A stretch of 64,000 bases of DNA, from contig OZ024741.1 in NCBI GenBank assembly GCA_964016885.1, positions 127,410,001 through 127,474,000 on the forward strand, in the 5' to 3' direction. Both the position numbers and the translations under genes were made by a program. Shown here one piece after another: positions 48,489-62,540 of this stretch. The notes beneath the pieces are model-generated. The model searched no databases. It was not told the DNA's origin and was given only the letters and a program-made list of their open reading frames with translations. The first letter of the stretch is position 1; each line of letters starts with the position of its first letter. This stretch comes from Eledone cirrhosa. Taxonomy: Eukaryota.

Positions 48489-48704
48489 AATATAAAGAAT
48501 ATTGTGCTCATGCACAGAGATGCTATAAAATAGGGTAAAGACCCTAAAAAGACGAAGAAAGACTGAATTGAAGCCCATATCTCTCAGATATTGTTTAGGC
48601 ACTTTAGACAATTAAGCCAAAGGACTGTGCTAATTCTTACTATCTTAAATTAAATCACCCTATTTTATAGCATCTCTGCACACGAGCACACCATTCTTTA
48701 TATT
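48489..48704. mobile_element. MITE-like foldback, 48-bp imperfect inverted repeats with a 120-nt spacer
   Basis: aatataaagaatattgtgctcatgcacagagatgctataaaatagggt versus the reverse complement of 48657-48704 shows 5 mismatches. Confidence 0.7.
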
Positions 48705-50805
48705 AACTTTATCTTCTCAGCGCTTTGAAAAAAATCCAAGAGATCGGCTACGTATACACTTTGGATAATATTTTGTTTTTACTGCTCGATTTCCTATGGC
48801 CCTCACATCTTAACCCTTAAGGTTCCATACAAGTCAATGGGGTCCTCTACATGGTAGCCAGGCCTGTTAGAAATAGCTGTCAAATTGCCCCCTACTGACT
48901 TAACCTTTTAAACAGTGACTGGCTGCCATATAAGATTCCATACAAACTCATGAGAAAGCCACTACATGATAGCTTGACCTGTTGGACATAGCAGAGATGG
49001 TGGGATATAGTCACATTGTTAAGGCTGGAATACTGAGATGGTAAGATATAATCACATATTGTTAGCACTGGACTAGTGAGATATAGTCACACATTGTTGA
49101 TGGTGAGCTGGTGGGAGACTGTCACACATTGTTGGTGGTGAGCTGGTGGGATACTGTCACACATTGTTGGTGGTGGGACATAGCCAGTCATTGTTGGTAC
49201 TGAGATGGTGGGATGTGGTCACATTGTTGGTACCAAAATACTAGGTTTGCAGGTTCAAAACAAAATTTAGGTTTGTTTCAATCATGTCTGCTGAACTGGC
49301 CTGTGGAACTGGTGTTTCCTGACAACAAATTTGGATATTATGGTTCTTTCTCTCAAATTCTTGAAATTCTGTTGCACCAAAGATTTATGAAATATACCAG
49401 ATTTACTTTCAAAGGAAATTCTGTTATTCTTTTAATGGTTTCAGTCATTGAACTGCAGCCATACTAGAGCACCATCCTAAGAAAGACAAGACTTGAGTAC
49501 AGGGTACTACACTAGCTGGTTGTTTGACATAGCAGATAAATATTTCACAATTTCAAGCTCAAATCTAACCACAGCTGTCTCTAGCTAAGAAACCTGTTAT
49601 ATTTTCAAATAAATGCTGTATCATGACAGACATGGCCTATAATTTTCAAACAATCAAGAATTTGAAAAAACATAACAAAATTGTTATGGAAGGTTTTTAG
49701 ATACCATATATACTCAATTATAAACTGACACTTATTTTATGTCAGACAAATAGGCAAAAGTCCAAACCCAAGAAGGTAATTAGCATATTATGTTTAGATG
49801 CTGTGGTTTTGAGATTCTTGTGAGGCTTTAATATTTATATATTTAAAATGTTTTATGTGTAGTTTAGGGTATAGTTTTTGTTTCACAATTTCATTACATA
49901 ATGATTTTTGTACCAATTTCCAGCTGTTTTGAAGGCCATATTCATTCAAAACATAAAATACAATAGGAAATACAAATTTCACATCAAAAGTGAAAACAGT
50001 GTAATAGCCACCTCCAGAACGAAAATATTTTAGCATCTTATTTATGTAGAATTTTGAAGTTGGTGGAAACCTTGAATATAGATCGATTTTTTTTTTTTTT
50101 TTTTTTTTTTAAAACACATATTTCTCAGCTTATATACGAGTACATACAGTAAATATGATATGCAGGGTGTACCTATTCTAAAACAGGTACACACAAGAAT
50201 CTTCTAAACATTTAAAAATGTTATTTTGGTTTTCTTAATATCTCTCCATGGAGAATTGTGTGATGTTTATTTTGTTGTTTCTTTATGATTTTGTACATAA
50301 ATTTAGCTACATCAACATAAACCACATCAGTTATTTCTATTTATGTATACAGTTAATATGGCTGTCTATTTATGAATTTGTTTCAATATCTCAACATTTA
50401 TAATCCCTACCTAATAACAATCAATATATTCTGTTAGTTTTGTCCTACTCTGGATTAAAGTGTCTTGTATATTTGTTTAGTTTTTCAACAGTTATCTTGT
50501 CCAGTTCTTTTACCATATTTCACTTGATTTTATCATATTTTGTGTACTGCATTTTACTTAGTTTAAAAAATGTTAACATGTCATATACGCATATATATGT
50601 TATTATAGCTGTGAAGCCATTTGAGTGAAAGTAAGGTGATGGCCATGAGATCCATGCTTAAGGGTAAACCAGTTATAAAAACTAGTTTGATAAGTAGTCA
50701 TTGGCCTCAAATCACTTGTGTAGATTCATGGCTATAATATAATATATATATCGTTCTTCCCATGTATTGAGTTTTGTTTCTCTTGTTTGCAAAGCCAAAT
50801 ATATT

Positions 50806-50848
<43 letters not shown>

Positions 50849-51586
50849 GTGTATATTGGTTTAAAGTCTTTTACTGTCAAGTTGTGTAATATGATTCAGT
50901 ATTTTCGAGATGTAGTTTAGTTCCTACATTCAATTCTGAATCTTTGTTACTAGGGTACAAGTCCTGGTGGTGCCTTCCTGTTGCTCAATCATTGGGTAAG
51001 TTCCTTTAGCTCTGACAACATACATCTATATATATATATATGCAAGTTCATACATATATATATATACATTGAATAGTCTTATCCTTAGCAAATAGAATAT
51101 GTGTTAAAACTATGCCTTATATTCACCTACTTAGTAATAAAGCAAATATATATATTGTCCCTGCTAGTTTCATTACTTCGATACCAAGTAGGACTTATAC
51201 ACTAATAATATTCTTTGAAAATATAATCAGTTCCTTTCTTTAAAATTATAATCCATGCATTTCTTTAAAATTATAATCAATATATTTACTAGATCTTGAC
51301 TTTTCAGGTGCCTGCCTTGGTTAAAACACTTTTTTGTTATGGGTAAAATAAGATTATAACTATCGCTTTAGATTTTTCTAGAGTCACTAAAATATCTCTA
51401 AATTACTAAATTGCTTTTTCACTTCCATTGCTAATATCTATGCAATATTTCTTTATAAACTTTGCAATGCTAATATTTTTATAAGTTTTAGGCGGACACA
51501 CAATTACCAGATCTGTTAAATCTTACATGTTTTACAATAACAACCGTTTTAAGGGGGTTAATCTTGCGAGTAGCCCTATGGCAGGC

Positions 51587-54500
51587 TTAACCCTCTCCTC
51601 CACCATATTTTTAATGAAAGACACTGCCTATGGTTTTGAAATCATTTTGAAAATAATCAAAAATTTGGTGGGATTTAGTAACATAATTATCTTTCTCACT
51701 ATTAAGCTGCTATTTGGGGCATAACTTAACAAAGAGTCTCACGTGAAATTATGATGAAAGGTATTTAAATAAATATATACGCTTTAACCCTTTTGTTACC
51801 ATATTTCTAATAAAAGCTACTGCCTATTATTTAAAAAAAAATGAAAATAATCAAGACGTTTGTGGGAATTAGTAATGTCATTTTTACATAATTATGATGG
51901 AAGGTTTTTAGATTAAAATAAACAGTTTTGTATTGCAGAACCAGAGACAGTTTGGTATTGAGTGGGTTAATCTTATTCACCATGGGGACCTTTTTGAGGC
52001 AATGTTTTACACCTTCCTGGTACCACCCCATATGACAAGCAGGGATACTGTGTATCTATTCTAAACCAGATACATGAATATTTTTGTCACCTCTTATTAT
52101 ATGCAGGGATATGGTGTATCTATTCTAAACCAGATACACATAGCTATTTTAATCACCTTTTGTGACTAACAGGGATATGGTATTCCTATTCTTAACCAGA
52201 TACACATAAATTACTAAATTGCATTTTTTAAATTCCATTTCTAATATATTTTCATCAAACTATATAACATTTTATAAACTTGTAATGTTAATGTTTCTAA
52301 TTAGCAGGCCTGTTAACCATTTCATTACCATGCTTTTATGTCTATGGTTTTCAAATAATTTTGAAAATAATCAAGAATTGGAACATAAAAAAATGTTCTT
52401 AAATAAAATAATGAAGAAAGTTTTTAGTTAAATGTAAACACTTTAGAACAATCAGTAGAAACAGACAATTTCTGGCAGATTGGTATCAGAGGGGCTAAAT
52501 TCACATCAACTTTTCTGACAATGGTGACAGTAAAATGCACCCAGTACACTCTGTAAAGTGGCTCATGATAGGAATTTACCAAAAAAAATTTACCAAACAA
52601 AAGGGTAGGAAAAAGTCTTCAGCTGTGTCAAGGGCATGACAACCTCTATAAGGCTGGTGCCATTATATAATGCACAGAGTACATTGTAACTTGGTTGATG
52701 TTAGGAAGGGCATCCAGCTGTAGAAATCATACCAATAATGGTAGAGAAGGCTGTTTTGTCATGTCAAAGATACTTTTAGTGCTGGTGCCACGATGATGTG
52801 CACCCAGTACATTCTATGAAGTGGTTTGTGTTATGGAAGATATCCAACCATGCCAAAAAAAAAATGTGTTGAGTGAGACATGATCTCCCTACCTATCTAG
52901 AGTAACAGCTCCAATTAAATACTGACTGTCTGTAAAAGCCCATCCAATCTATGCCAGCATGAAAAAACATGTAAATTGATGATGATGATGGTCCTTATGC
53001 TGAATAATCTAAGAAAATAGAGTTCTATCTGATGTCCCGCCCTTAGACTGTCTGCATGCTGATATGTTTCTATATTTTATGTCTTCATAGAGTTACAACG
53101 TAACCCTTTTTTGGCAATATTTCTCACAAGAGTGTACTCCTTTGTGTTTTAACGTTTCTCTTGACATATTTTTAATGAAAGATATTGTTTATGATTTTCA
53201 ATTAATTTTTTTTTAATATAAAAAAATTGGAGTGACTTGGTAATATAACTAACTTTCTGGAACATAACATAAGAAAAGGTTCTTACAAAAAATTATAATG
53301 AAAGGTTTAAATGTAAACATGAGCACTTCAAAATAAATGGTTTTACATCATAGAACTAGGTGGTGATTTCATGTGGTTTAGTATTAGAGTTAATTATCAA
53401 AATAACCAAGAGGCTTAATGAAATATCTTTCAACTTAAGAATATGACAAATATTTAACTACTGAAATCTAATATTATCTGTTATGTAACAGTTTTTTCAG
53501 TTCAAGATATGAGTTCAAACATGAACACTTTAACTTTTAATATCCTTAAAAGATTTAGTAAAGATATTTAAAAAGCAGGTTTTTTTAAAAAATATAAATG
53601 TTTTAAAGTATCTTTACTAGTGGATAGACCATTGTAAAAACTTCAATTTTTTAGTGAAATGCTGTCATAGTCCATTTGTATTTTCCAAAAATATCTTAAT
53701 GCAGTTTCATGTGTTTCAGGGCATTAAGAGTTAATAGAGGCAGTTTCAAGTGAGCTGGTGTTTAAATGAGTGTCCTATTTGTTACTGCATTTCTATTGGA
53801 AGACACTGCCAATGTGTTTCAAATAATTTTGTTAAATAACTTGCTTATTATTAAGGTGATGTTTGGAATATAACCTTAAGGTTTTTACATGAAATTATGC
53901 TCTTACATAAAATTATGATGATTGAGAAATCACAGCTCCAATATTACAGACGGGGTTAGAATGTCTTTGGAAAGAATCACTGGACAGATTTTATGGGAAA
54001 AACAACCGGAAGGAGACCCAGGGATAGATCTTGAGCAGGATGATTGGATAACATTCATAAGCTCAGCTGGTTTTGCTTGGGGATCCAGCTGGATCAAATG
54101 GAGTTAGATAAATTATAAACACTTTAAAACAAACAATGGTTTGATATCAAATGGGTTAAACAGATTTATTCCTGTGCATGTTTAATTCATGTTTATTCTC
54201 ATAATTATTAAGCATTCTTTAATCATTACTTGAAATAAATAATTACAGTCTTATCCCAAAGTAATAAGATTTGTGGACATAGTGTAGTTAAACGGTTAAG
54301 AAGTTCACTTTGCAGTCATGAGGCCCTGGGATTGATCCCATTGGATGGCATCTTGGGCATATGTCATTTACTTGATTCTGTTAGAAAACTATTTTTAGTA
54401 TTTATATTTATCTAAAAAGAATTTTCATTATAATTTTATTTAAGAGCCTTTGTTTCAAACACCAGCTTAATAATTGTTTCTACTTTTGGCACAAGGCCAG

Positions 54501-54762
54501 CAATTATCCCAGTGCATTACTGGTTCTTTATTTTATCGTTGCCATAAGAGTGAAAGGCAAATTTAACCTCGGTGGGATTTGAACTAAGACTGCAAAGGGC
54601 CGTAACTCTATGCTTCAAAGCATGGCGTCCGACCCTGTACCGATACTACCATGAGAAAGTTGGTTACATTACTAAATCCCTCCAAGTTATGATTATTTTC
54701 AAACTAATTCGAAAATAATAGGTACTGTCTTCCATTGGAAATATGGTAACAAACAGGTTAAG
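51587..54762. repeat. Cluster of degenerate TTAA-CC-ended (piggyBac-like) MITE copies
   Basis: Repeated ttaaccc...ccatatttctaatgaaagacactgcc...ttttgaaaataatcaagaa...gggttaa units at ~51587, 51784, 52313, 53100, 53790 and 54445-54760 (reverse). Confidence 0.6.
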
Positions 54763-54873
54763 ATACTTCAGGGACAGAAATATTTAGATTATTCAATTAT
54801 TTATTTCCATAAGGATGTTTTCTTTCTTTCTATTTTCGGCTGTAAATAAACATATTTCACTGTTTGGTTGCAG

Positions 54874-55079
54874 ACATGCATCAAATCAGTGCAATAGAGA
54901 ACCCTGCTATTAGACGTGGAGATGATGATGACCGTGAAGATTTAAAAAGTGAAAACAGTAAAGATAAATGGTATGAAGAAGTTGAGAATATTAGTGAACC
55001 TCCTGATGTTGGTGATGGTGTGGATTATCACTCAGATATAAGTGATTATGAAGAGATTATACGCAAGAAAAAGAAAAAG
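54874..55079 (+). CDS. d4: d4/DPF exon 4 (acidic linker plus basic NLS-like KKKKK)
   Basis: ttgcag acceptor in phase 1; DMHQISAIENPAIRRGDDDDREDL...DYEEIIRKKKKK; donor aag|gtgggt in phase 0. Confidence 0.85.
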
Positions 55080-55668
55080 GTGGGTATTAAATATTTCGTT
55101 TGGAAGTATTTTCCCTCTATGAGTGGTGCTGTTAGTGCCATGATAAAAATGCACCCAGTCCACCCTGTAAAGTGATAATGGTGGTGAGGTGTCAGGATAA
55201 AATGCACCTTGCCCACCCTGTTAAGTGGTAGTGCTGACATGATAAAATGTACCTATTACATTATAATGGCAGTCCTGGTGTCAGTATAAAATGTACTCAG
55301 ACCACCCTGTAAAGTGGTAGTACCAGTATCATGATAATGTGCCCAGTATACTCTGTATAGTGATAGTGCTGGTATCATGATAAAATACACTCAGTACCAC
55401 TGTAAAGTGGTTGGCATTAGGGAGGGTATTCAGCTGTAGAAACCATAGAACATACGAGCAAGATAGGTCTCTGGCCTGTCTAATCTCAGACTGACAACCT
55501 GTCTAAACTATGCCATCATGGAAAGCATACGGTAAATAGTAGCAATGATGATGATAAACTTTATTAGTTTGAAAAGTGAGGGAAATATTTTCTTTTTTCT
55601 CTTTTTTATTGATTTGCTGACAAACAATTTTTTGATTGATTTACTAACAGTGTAACAATTAATTTTAG

Positions 55669-55747
55669 GGAGGAGGGCGTGGACGAAGGAAGGTTGACAA
55701 AGAATCCACACCAATTGATGACAAAGACAAACCATACTGTTGCGAAG
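55669..55747 (+). CDS. d4: d4/DPF exon 5 (GGGRGRRKVDKESTPIDDKDKPYCCE)
   Basis: ttttag acceptor and g|gtgagc donor; DKPY.C start of the DPF C2H2 finger. Confidence 0.88.
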
Positions 55748-56639
55748 GTGAGCAATTATTTCTGTATTCTTTTATCGTTATTTTTACACCAACTGCAGGC
55801 ATGACTAGTTAAACCACTCAAAATATTACAAAATACTCAATGATATGATTTACAGAGTGTCATCATCATCATCATCATCACCGTTTTACGTCCGTTCTTC
55901 CATGCTAGCATGGGTTAGGCAGGTTGTCCTGTTGTGGGCGGTAGCCGGTAGGCTGGCCATGCCTTGCTCATATGGGAACTGATTCTGGTTTGATTTCTAC
56001 AGCTGGATGCCCTTCCTAACACCACCTCATTTACAGTGAGTGCTGTGTGCTTTTTTTCCATGGCTCCTACACGTCCACTTTACAGTGTGGGCTGGGTGCT
56101 TTTTTACAGTGGGAGGATGTGGGGGCATATTGTCTATATGCTTCAGCTTCGGCCCACTGTGTGTAATTTATCCTAGCACCAACACTACTACTATACAGAG
56201 TGTGCTGGGTGTATTTTATTGTGGCATCAGCAGTACTCCTTTATAGAATGTGCTGTGTGTATTTTATCATAGCACCAGTACTACTACTTTACAGAATGTA
56301 CTGGATCTGTTTTATAGTGGCACAAATGCTAGAGAAATTATGACTACACCATATGGCCTAGTGGCTAGGGTGTTGAACTCACGAGCATATGGTTGTGGGT
56401 TCGATTCCTTGGCTGAGCAGCATATTGTGGTCATTTGGCATTGCTTTCTATAATAGGACTGGGGACCTTATTAAAACACAGAAGAAACCCATGAGATACA
56501 ACCTTGTAGAAGACCACTTAAACCTACATAGGTATAAGCTGTAGCATTCTTTTCATTTTTTTCCATCAGGGTAAAAAAAGGGACAGTACTAGGAGGATGG
56601 GGGTGTTTTTAGTGGGTAAAGCAAAATCTAGTTAATTCA

Positions 56640-57240
56640 TCAACATTTTATGTTCATTTTTTTTCTATGCTTGCATGGGTTGGAGTGGTCCTCTAACACA
56701 GCTTTGTTTCATTTGTTGCATTCCTTCGTCATCTCTTTGAAGTTAGCTGTAACTACATCTGCCCAGGCTTCCTCTACTATAGCTTCCTTCCACTGAGATC
56801 TCTTGACACTTCTTCACCCAGTGATCATCATCCATATGCATCACATGTCCAAACTGGTGCAGTTTTCTCTCTTGCACGCTACATCTGATTCCTCTTATAC
56901 CCTATTTTTCTCTCAGTTCATCCACACTCCTTTGTTCATGCATATTAACATCATACTTCCAATCGAGCATGGTCGTTTCATTTCTCTGTAGCCTTCTTAT
57001 ATCCTCTGCATTCATCACCCATGTCCCACTGCCATGCAACATCATGCTTCTCATGCAAGCTTCATACAATCTACTCTTTGAGAGAAAATCTTTAGTTGTC
57101 AACAGAGGTAGTAACTCCCTGACTTTTTCAACCTTTTCTCATTCTAGCTTCTTTACTTGCAGAACATTCAACTCTATTGTTAATTGGGTCATACAGGTAA
57201 CAAAAGCCATCGACTACTTCCAGGGGAGAAACATGGGATG
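56640..57240 (-). pseudogene. Degraded RTE 3' fragment
   Basis: RLYEACMRSMMLHGSGTWVMNAEDIRRLQRNETTML on the minus strand. Confidence 0.75.
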
Positions 57241-57699
57241 ACTATGTTCTTCAGTCTAGTTAATGACTGATAACCTCCTTAGTGCTGGAACCACAGTGAG
57301 GTGGTTGGTGTTGAGCAGGACTTTCAGTAGTAGAAACCATGCCAAAAGGGTTGAAAGGACCCTTCAGTCTTGACAAGACAATCTTGAGTGCTGGTGCCTT
57401 GAAAAATGTACCCAGTACACTCTGTAAGGTAGTTGGTTATATGAGAAAAGCCAGCTGTAGAACCTCTGCAAAAAAAAGAGCGGTCTCTTCAAGTGTATGA
57501 CAACCTCCCTAGTATTGGTACCATGATAAAATGCACAGTGCATCTGCATTATAGAAATGTATGTGAGATGTGGCCTCTAACCCATGAGAGATCAGAGCCT
57601 CCGATTAAGTACTGACATGGTTTGTGACGACCTGTCCAATCCTCTGTTAGCAGGGAAAACGACTGTTTTACACATCCCTAATACAGACTAATTCGTTAG

Positions 57700-58780
57700 T
57701 GAGAGACAAGGAACTCTTAATCATAGCAGGAAACATTAATGGACATGTTGGGCAACACAGTGATGGCTTCTACGGGATACTTGGAGGGTGTGGGTTTGGT
57801 GTGAGATAAGAGGAAGGATCCAGGCTTCTGGAATTCTGTGACGCAAATGAACTGATGATCTGTAACTCTAACTTTAAAAAAACCTAACAACCACTTGATC
57901 ACCTATAGATCAGGTGAGTACACCAGCCAAATAGATTTCATCCTCACCAGAAAGTGAGATAGAACAATGGTTGTGAACCAAAGTCCCTCCCTGGAATGCA
58001 CTTCCTAACATAATCTAATAGTCTGATTTGCTAATTAGAGCCTGACAGAGGGCAACCCAGAGGAGAAGAATTTGGAAGTTGAAGGAGCCCTCAGCCTGTA
58101 ACAGGTTTAGAAATATCTTATTTGATGCTTTTGACAATAAAGAAGAAATAGTGACACACAATATAGAGGAGCAGTGGGAGTTCCTGAGAGACTATCTACT
58201 GAAAGCCACAGATGAGGGTTGTGGCTAGAGCAGAGGAGTTACTTGGTGGTGGGATAGTAGGGTGGATCAAACAATTATGGCCAAGAGACAGGTATAGAAG
58301 GAATTGCAAAATGAGGAAGCAGAGAACTTTACCAGAGAAATGGCTCTGCTCTTTGTGTAGGAATGGGGTGGATATAAATTCCTCCCTTTGTCTCAAATGC
58401 AAACTATGGGTACACAAGAGATGTAGTGGGATCTCAAGTAGGCTAGCTAAGAATGTAGATTTTACATGTGGCTGTTGCACAGGGACAGTAAGCAGCAAAC
58501 ACTTACAGGGAACAAGCTCTAGCAAATTCTTAGAGGGTTTCGTAGAAGCAGTTGACAGCTTCTGTTACCTGGGTCATCGAATTAGCAGCGGAGGTGAGTG
58601 TTCCGAAAGGACAGTTGCCAAAGTGAGAACAGGAAGCTACTACCACTTCTAGATACAAAATGTTTTCACCTCAAAACGAAGGGCAAATTGTATGATACTT
58701 ATATACAAACAGCAATGTTGCATGGTAATGAAACCTGGGTGCTATGAAGACTGAATAGAAATGAAGCTTGCATGCTCCAA
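57700..58780 (+). pseudogene. Internally deleted, degraded copy of the PHD-bearing RTE family
   Basis: APE-region DNA (ttctggaattctgtgacgcaaatga...aaaaacctaacaaccacttgatcacctatagatcagg) jumps to KWLCSLCRNGVDINSSLCLKCKLWVHKRCSGIS...CGCC and VDSFCYLG. Confidence 0.85.
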
Positions 58781-59285
58781 TGTGAAGAGAAATAGAATGA
58801 GAGAGTTAGGTCATGTGTTGAGTAAGAATGAAAGTAACGAGATAAGAGGAGTAATGGGAAGAGAGGCAGTGATAAATGTTAGGAAGAGAAATGGAATGAG
58901 ATGTTTGGGTCATGTTTTGAGAAATAATGATAGTGTCTAGGTGAGAAGAATGATGGAAATAGAATGAGTGATAAATGTTGTGAAGAGAAATAGAATGTGA
59001 TGTTTAGGTCATGTTGAGAAAGGATGAAAGTGACTGGTTAGGATGAGTGATAGGAATAGAGCCAGTGATGAATATTGTGAAGAGGAATGGAATGAGATGT
59101 TTAGGTCAAGTGTTGAGAAAGGATGAAAGTGACTGGTTGGGATGAATGTGGAAAGAAGTAGAAGGGAGAACCATGAAAAACGGGATTGATGAGGGTGGGA
59201 TCCAGATGATATGGCAAAGTAAAACGGCAGTTGTTGCTGTTAGCTCTCCATTTATTTTAAGTTGTATTTCTAATTAATATTTCAG

Positions 59286-59405
59286 CGTGCGGGGCTCGAT
59301 ACAAAACCAGACCCGGACTTGCTTATCATTACACACATTTTCATAACGGGATGTTGGACGCTGACGAGAGCTGTACTCCTTCTCCTCCGGCCCACAAACC
59401 ACCAG
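59286..59405 (+). CDS. d4: d4/DPF exon 6, completes the C2H2 finger (ACGARYKTRPGLAYHYTHFH...)
   Basis: Matches DPF CGKRYKNRPGLSYHYAH; splice sites tttcag / gtgagt, phase 1-1. Confidence 0.92.
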
Positions 59406-59527
59406 GTGAGTCTTTCTGAAATTCTTTATCATTAGAAACATTTTATATCTATTTTCATCTTTTTACTCATTGTTATTATTATTATTATTAGGATGGTGGG
59501 TTGGCAGAATCAGTAGAGCATCAGACC

Positions 59528-59727
59528 NNNNNNNNNNNNNNNNNNNNNNNNNNNNNNNNNNNNNNNNNNNNNNNNNNNNNNNNNNNNNNNNNNNNNNNNN
59601 NNNNNNNNNNNNNNNNNNNNNNNNNNNNNNNNNNNNNNNNNNNNNNNNNNNNNNNNNNNNNNNNNNNNNNNNNNNNNNNNNNNNNNNNNNNNNNNNNNNN
59701 NNNNNNNNNNNNNNNNNNNNNNNNNNN
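59528..59727. other. Assembly gap (200 N)
   Basis: Run of N. Confidence 1.
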
Positions 59728-60743
59728 ATGCATACTTCACTGGATGTGTAATGTTAATGTACATGAATAACTGAGCATAAATGGATTGAGAGAAAAGCTG
59801 TGTATAAGAATTAAATGTAGTGTGCAAGAGAGAAAATTGCACTGGTATAGTCATGTGTCATATAAAAAAACTGCTGAGCACCTGAGGTAGTTGGAACCTT
59901 TAGAGATGGAAGACATGGAACAAAGTTCTGAAGAATGACTTCAAGAAACTGTATCTCACAAAGATGATACAGAACTGAGCTGACAGGTGATATGCCATTA
60001 TCATAGCACGAGTGCTACGACACTGAAAACAAAACTAAATATGGCGACTACAAGGAGTGCAGTGTCATAAAGGATCACACAGAGTAACCCCCTTCCACTG
60101 TAGTGTGGAGGGTGAACAGACTGAGATAACAAACAGGTAGAATACTCAGATCCTGGCAATTCTCTAATTTTGGTGCCATGTCAGAATGTACACTGAACTC
60201 TGTAAATTGATTTGGTGATCAAACGGAGGCAATATAAAAAAAAGATGAATTCTCAGTCTGGTTGAGAGTATGACAACCTTTCTGGTGCTATGGTAAAATA
60301 CTTACAATAAATTTTACAGTGGTAGTGCTGGTGCCACTATAAATTACACTCTGTGCACTCTATAATGAAGTGCTGGTGCCATGATAAAATACATCCAGTA
60401 CACTTTGTATAGTTGGGAGTACTGGTGCCATGGTAAAAGACACCTAATACACTCTGTCAGGTGGCTGTTAGTAAGAACATTCAGCCATAGAACCATGCTA
60501 AATATGAAATGTTCGAGACCACCTCGTCTTGAACCCTGATAACCATCCAGTATAGAAAGCAAATGTAAAATATTGTTGATGATATTAATATTCCTTAAGA
60601 GTTCGTGTTTTTTTATATTGTTATATGAAATATATTTATATAATATTTCATATTTGCATTTGATATCACTATAAGAGATGGTGATGGTTTTGCATAAACA
60701 AAAATTCTGAGGCTTAGTGGTTAGATGTGTGAAGATCCATACT

Positions 60744-61039
60744 TTAACCCTCTCATTACTATATTTCTAATGAAAGACACTGCTCATGATTTTGAAATAA
60801 TTTTGAAAATAATCAAGAATTTGGAGGGATTTAGTAATATAACTAACTTTCTCATTATAAAGCTGGTGTTTGGAACATAACTTAAAAAAGGTTCTTGCAT
60901 AAAATTATATATTTCAAACACCATCTTAATAATAAGAAAGTTAGTTATATTACTAAACGCTTCCAAATTCTCGATTATTTTCAAAATGTTAAAACATCAT
61001 GGGCATCTTTCATTAGAAATATGGTAATGAGAAGGTTAA
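60744..61039. mobile_element. piggyBac-like foldback MITE bounded by TTAA
   Basis: ttaaccctctcattac...gtaatgagaaggttaa; the two halves are imperfect reverse complements over roughly 130 bp. Confidence 0.7.
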
Positions 61040-62540
61040 TTTTGGAGCAGTTAAAAAACAACATTTAAATTAGAATAAAACTCTAAGTAATTTAACCTGG
61101 CAAAAGAGATGACACAGGCTAATAAGCCACAATACAAAAGATCCACCATCAAGCACTGTGATGCAAAACATATATATGGTTAAAGGTTGGAGACTACAGA
61201 ATGTGGAGAGGTCCCTTTAGCCTGCAGTGAATGAGTCAGTCTCCCAAGTTTCAGTGTCACAATGGAATGCACTTAGTAGCCACCCACCTCAAAAAATTAG
61301 GGTTCGGGTGAATGAATAAATTGAGAAGTCATAGTGGTGAGGACCCTCAAACCCGTTGAGTACCTGACTCACTTTTCAGTGTTGGTACCATGATAGTGCA
61401 CCTGGTACACTCTGTAAAATAGTTGACAATCAAACAAAGACCATATAGGGTAGAGAAGACATATGCTGGAGCCATAATAAAAGGCTCCCAGTACACTCTG
61501 TAAAGTGGTTGGCAGTTAAATCAGATGATTTTGGGTAGTGAGTGTACTGTGGGCATAAAACAACCTCTCTAGTGCTGCCGGCATGATAAAATGCACCCAC
61601 TACACTCTGTAAAGTGGTTAGTGCGAGTACCACAATAAAATTCACTCAGTACACCGACAAAGCATAGGTCAACTCAAGGTTATAGTAAATGATACCCAAG
61701 ATGCCATGCAGTGGAATCAAATAATTGTGAAGCAAGCTTAACTGTTTGGCCATGTTGCATCCATTCTTGAAACATTAACAAAAGAGTGAAGTCACCAAAT
61801 TATTTATCAAAAGTGCTTACAAGCGAAAGCTACCTGTAAAATGAAGCCATATGAATATAAAGTGAATCAAATAGTGCACTAATAGACCTGCACACCGAAT
61901 TTGCATGAGCAAGTCTAAGCAACTTTTCGTTTTTGATTTGGAACTTATTTGTTAACGTGATTTTGTTAATTATCAAATTAATGGAAAAGTGTTCATTACC
62001 TGAAGGTCCACTGTATATGTTTTCTATTAATGAGGTCTATTTTAATAATAATCAATAACTATAAATAATAGCAGAGAAAAGGGGGTAAAGTAATTGCTTC
62101 CTCGCAGGTACCTCTGTTCTCTTTTTCCCATCTCCAGGGGCACTTTATATGATTTCTCAACTATTATTATTTTATTATTAGAGTGGTGGATTGACTGTAT
62201 CAGAAGAATGTCGGACAACATGCTTTGTGGCATAGAGTTACGGCCCTTCATTCTGAGTTCAAATTTCGCTGAGGTTAGCTTTGCCTTTCATCCTTAAGGG
62301 GTTGACAAATAAAGCACTCAATGCACTTGGATCAATTAATCGACATTCCCCTCCCACCAAAATGTTTGTCTTGTGCCTAAATCAGAAACAATTATTTTAT
62401 TATGATTATTTACATTGGAGCACATGTTTCAGATTAAATATTTTCCCACTGTTTCTTAAGTCAGTTGTTGTTTACATTTATATATATATATATATTTTTT
62501 AGTTGTTAGAATTCAAAGGAGAAATTATTTATTATATATT

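Noticed and set aside
59360-59385. ctgacga motif resembling a hammerhead core
   Set aside because: Lies in DPF exon 6 coding sequence and lacks stem II and GAAA.
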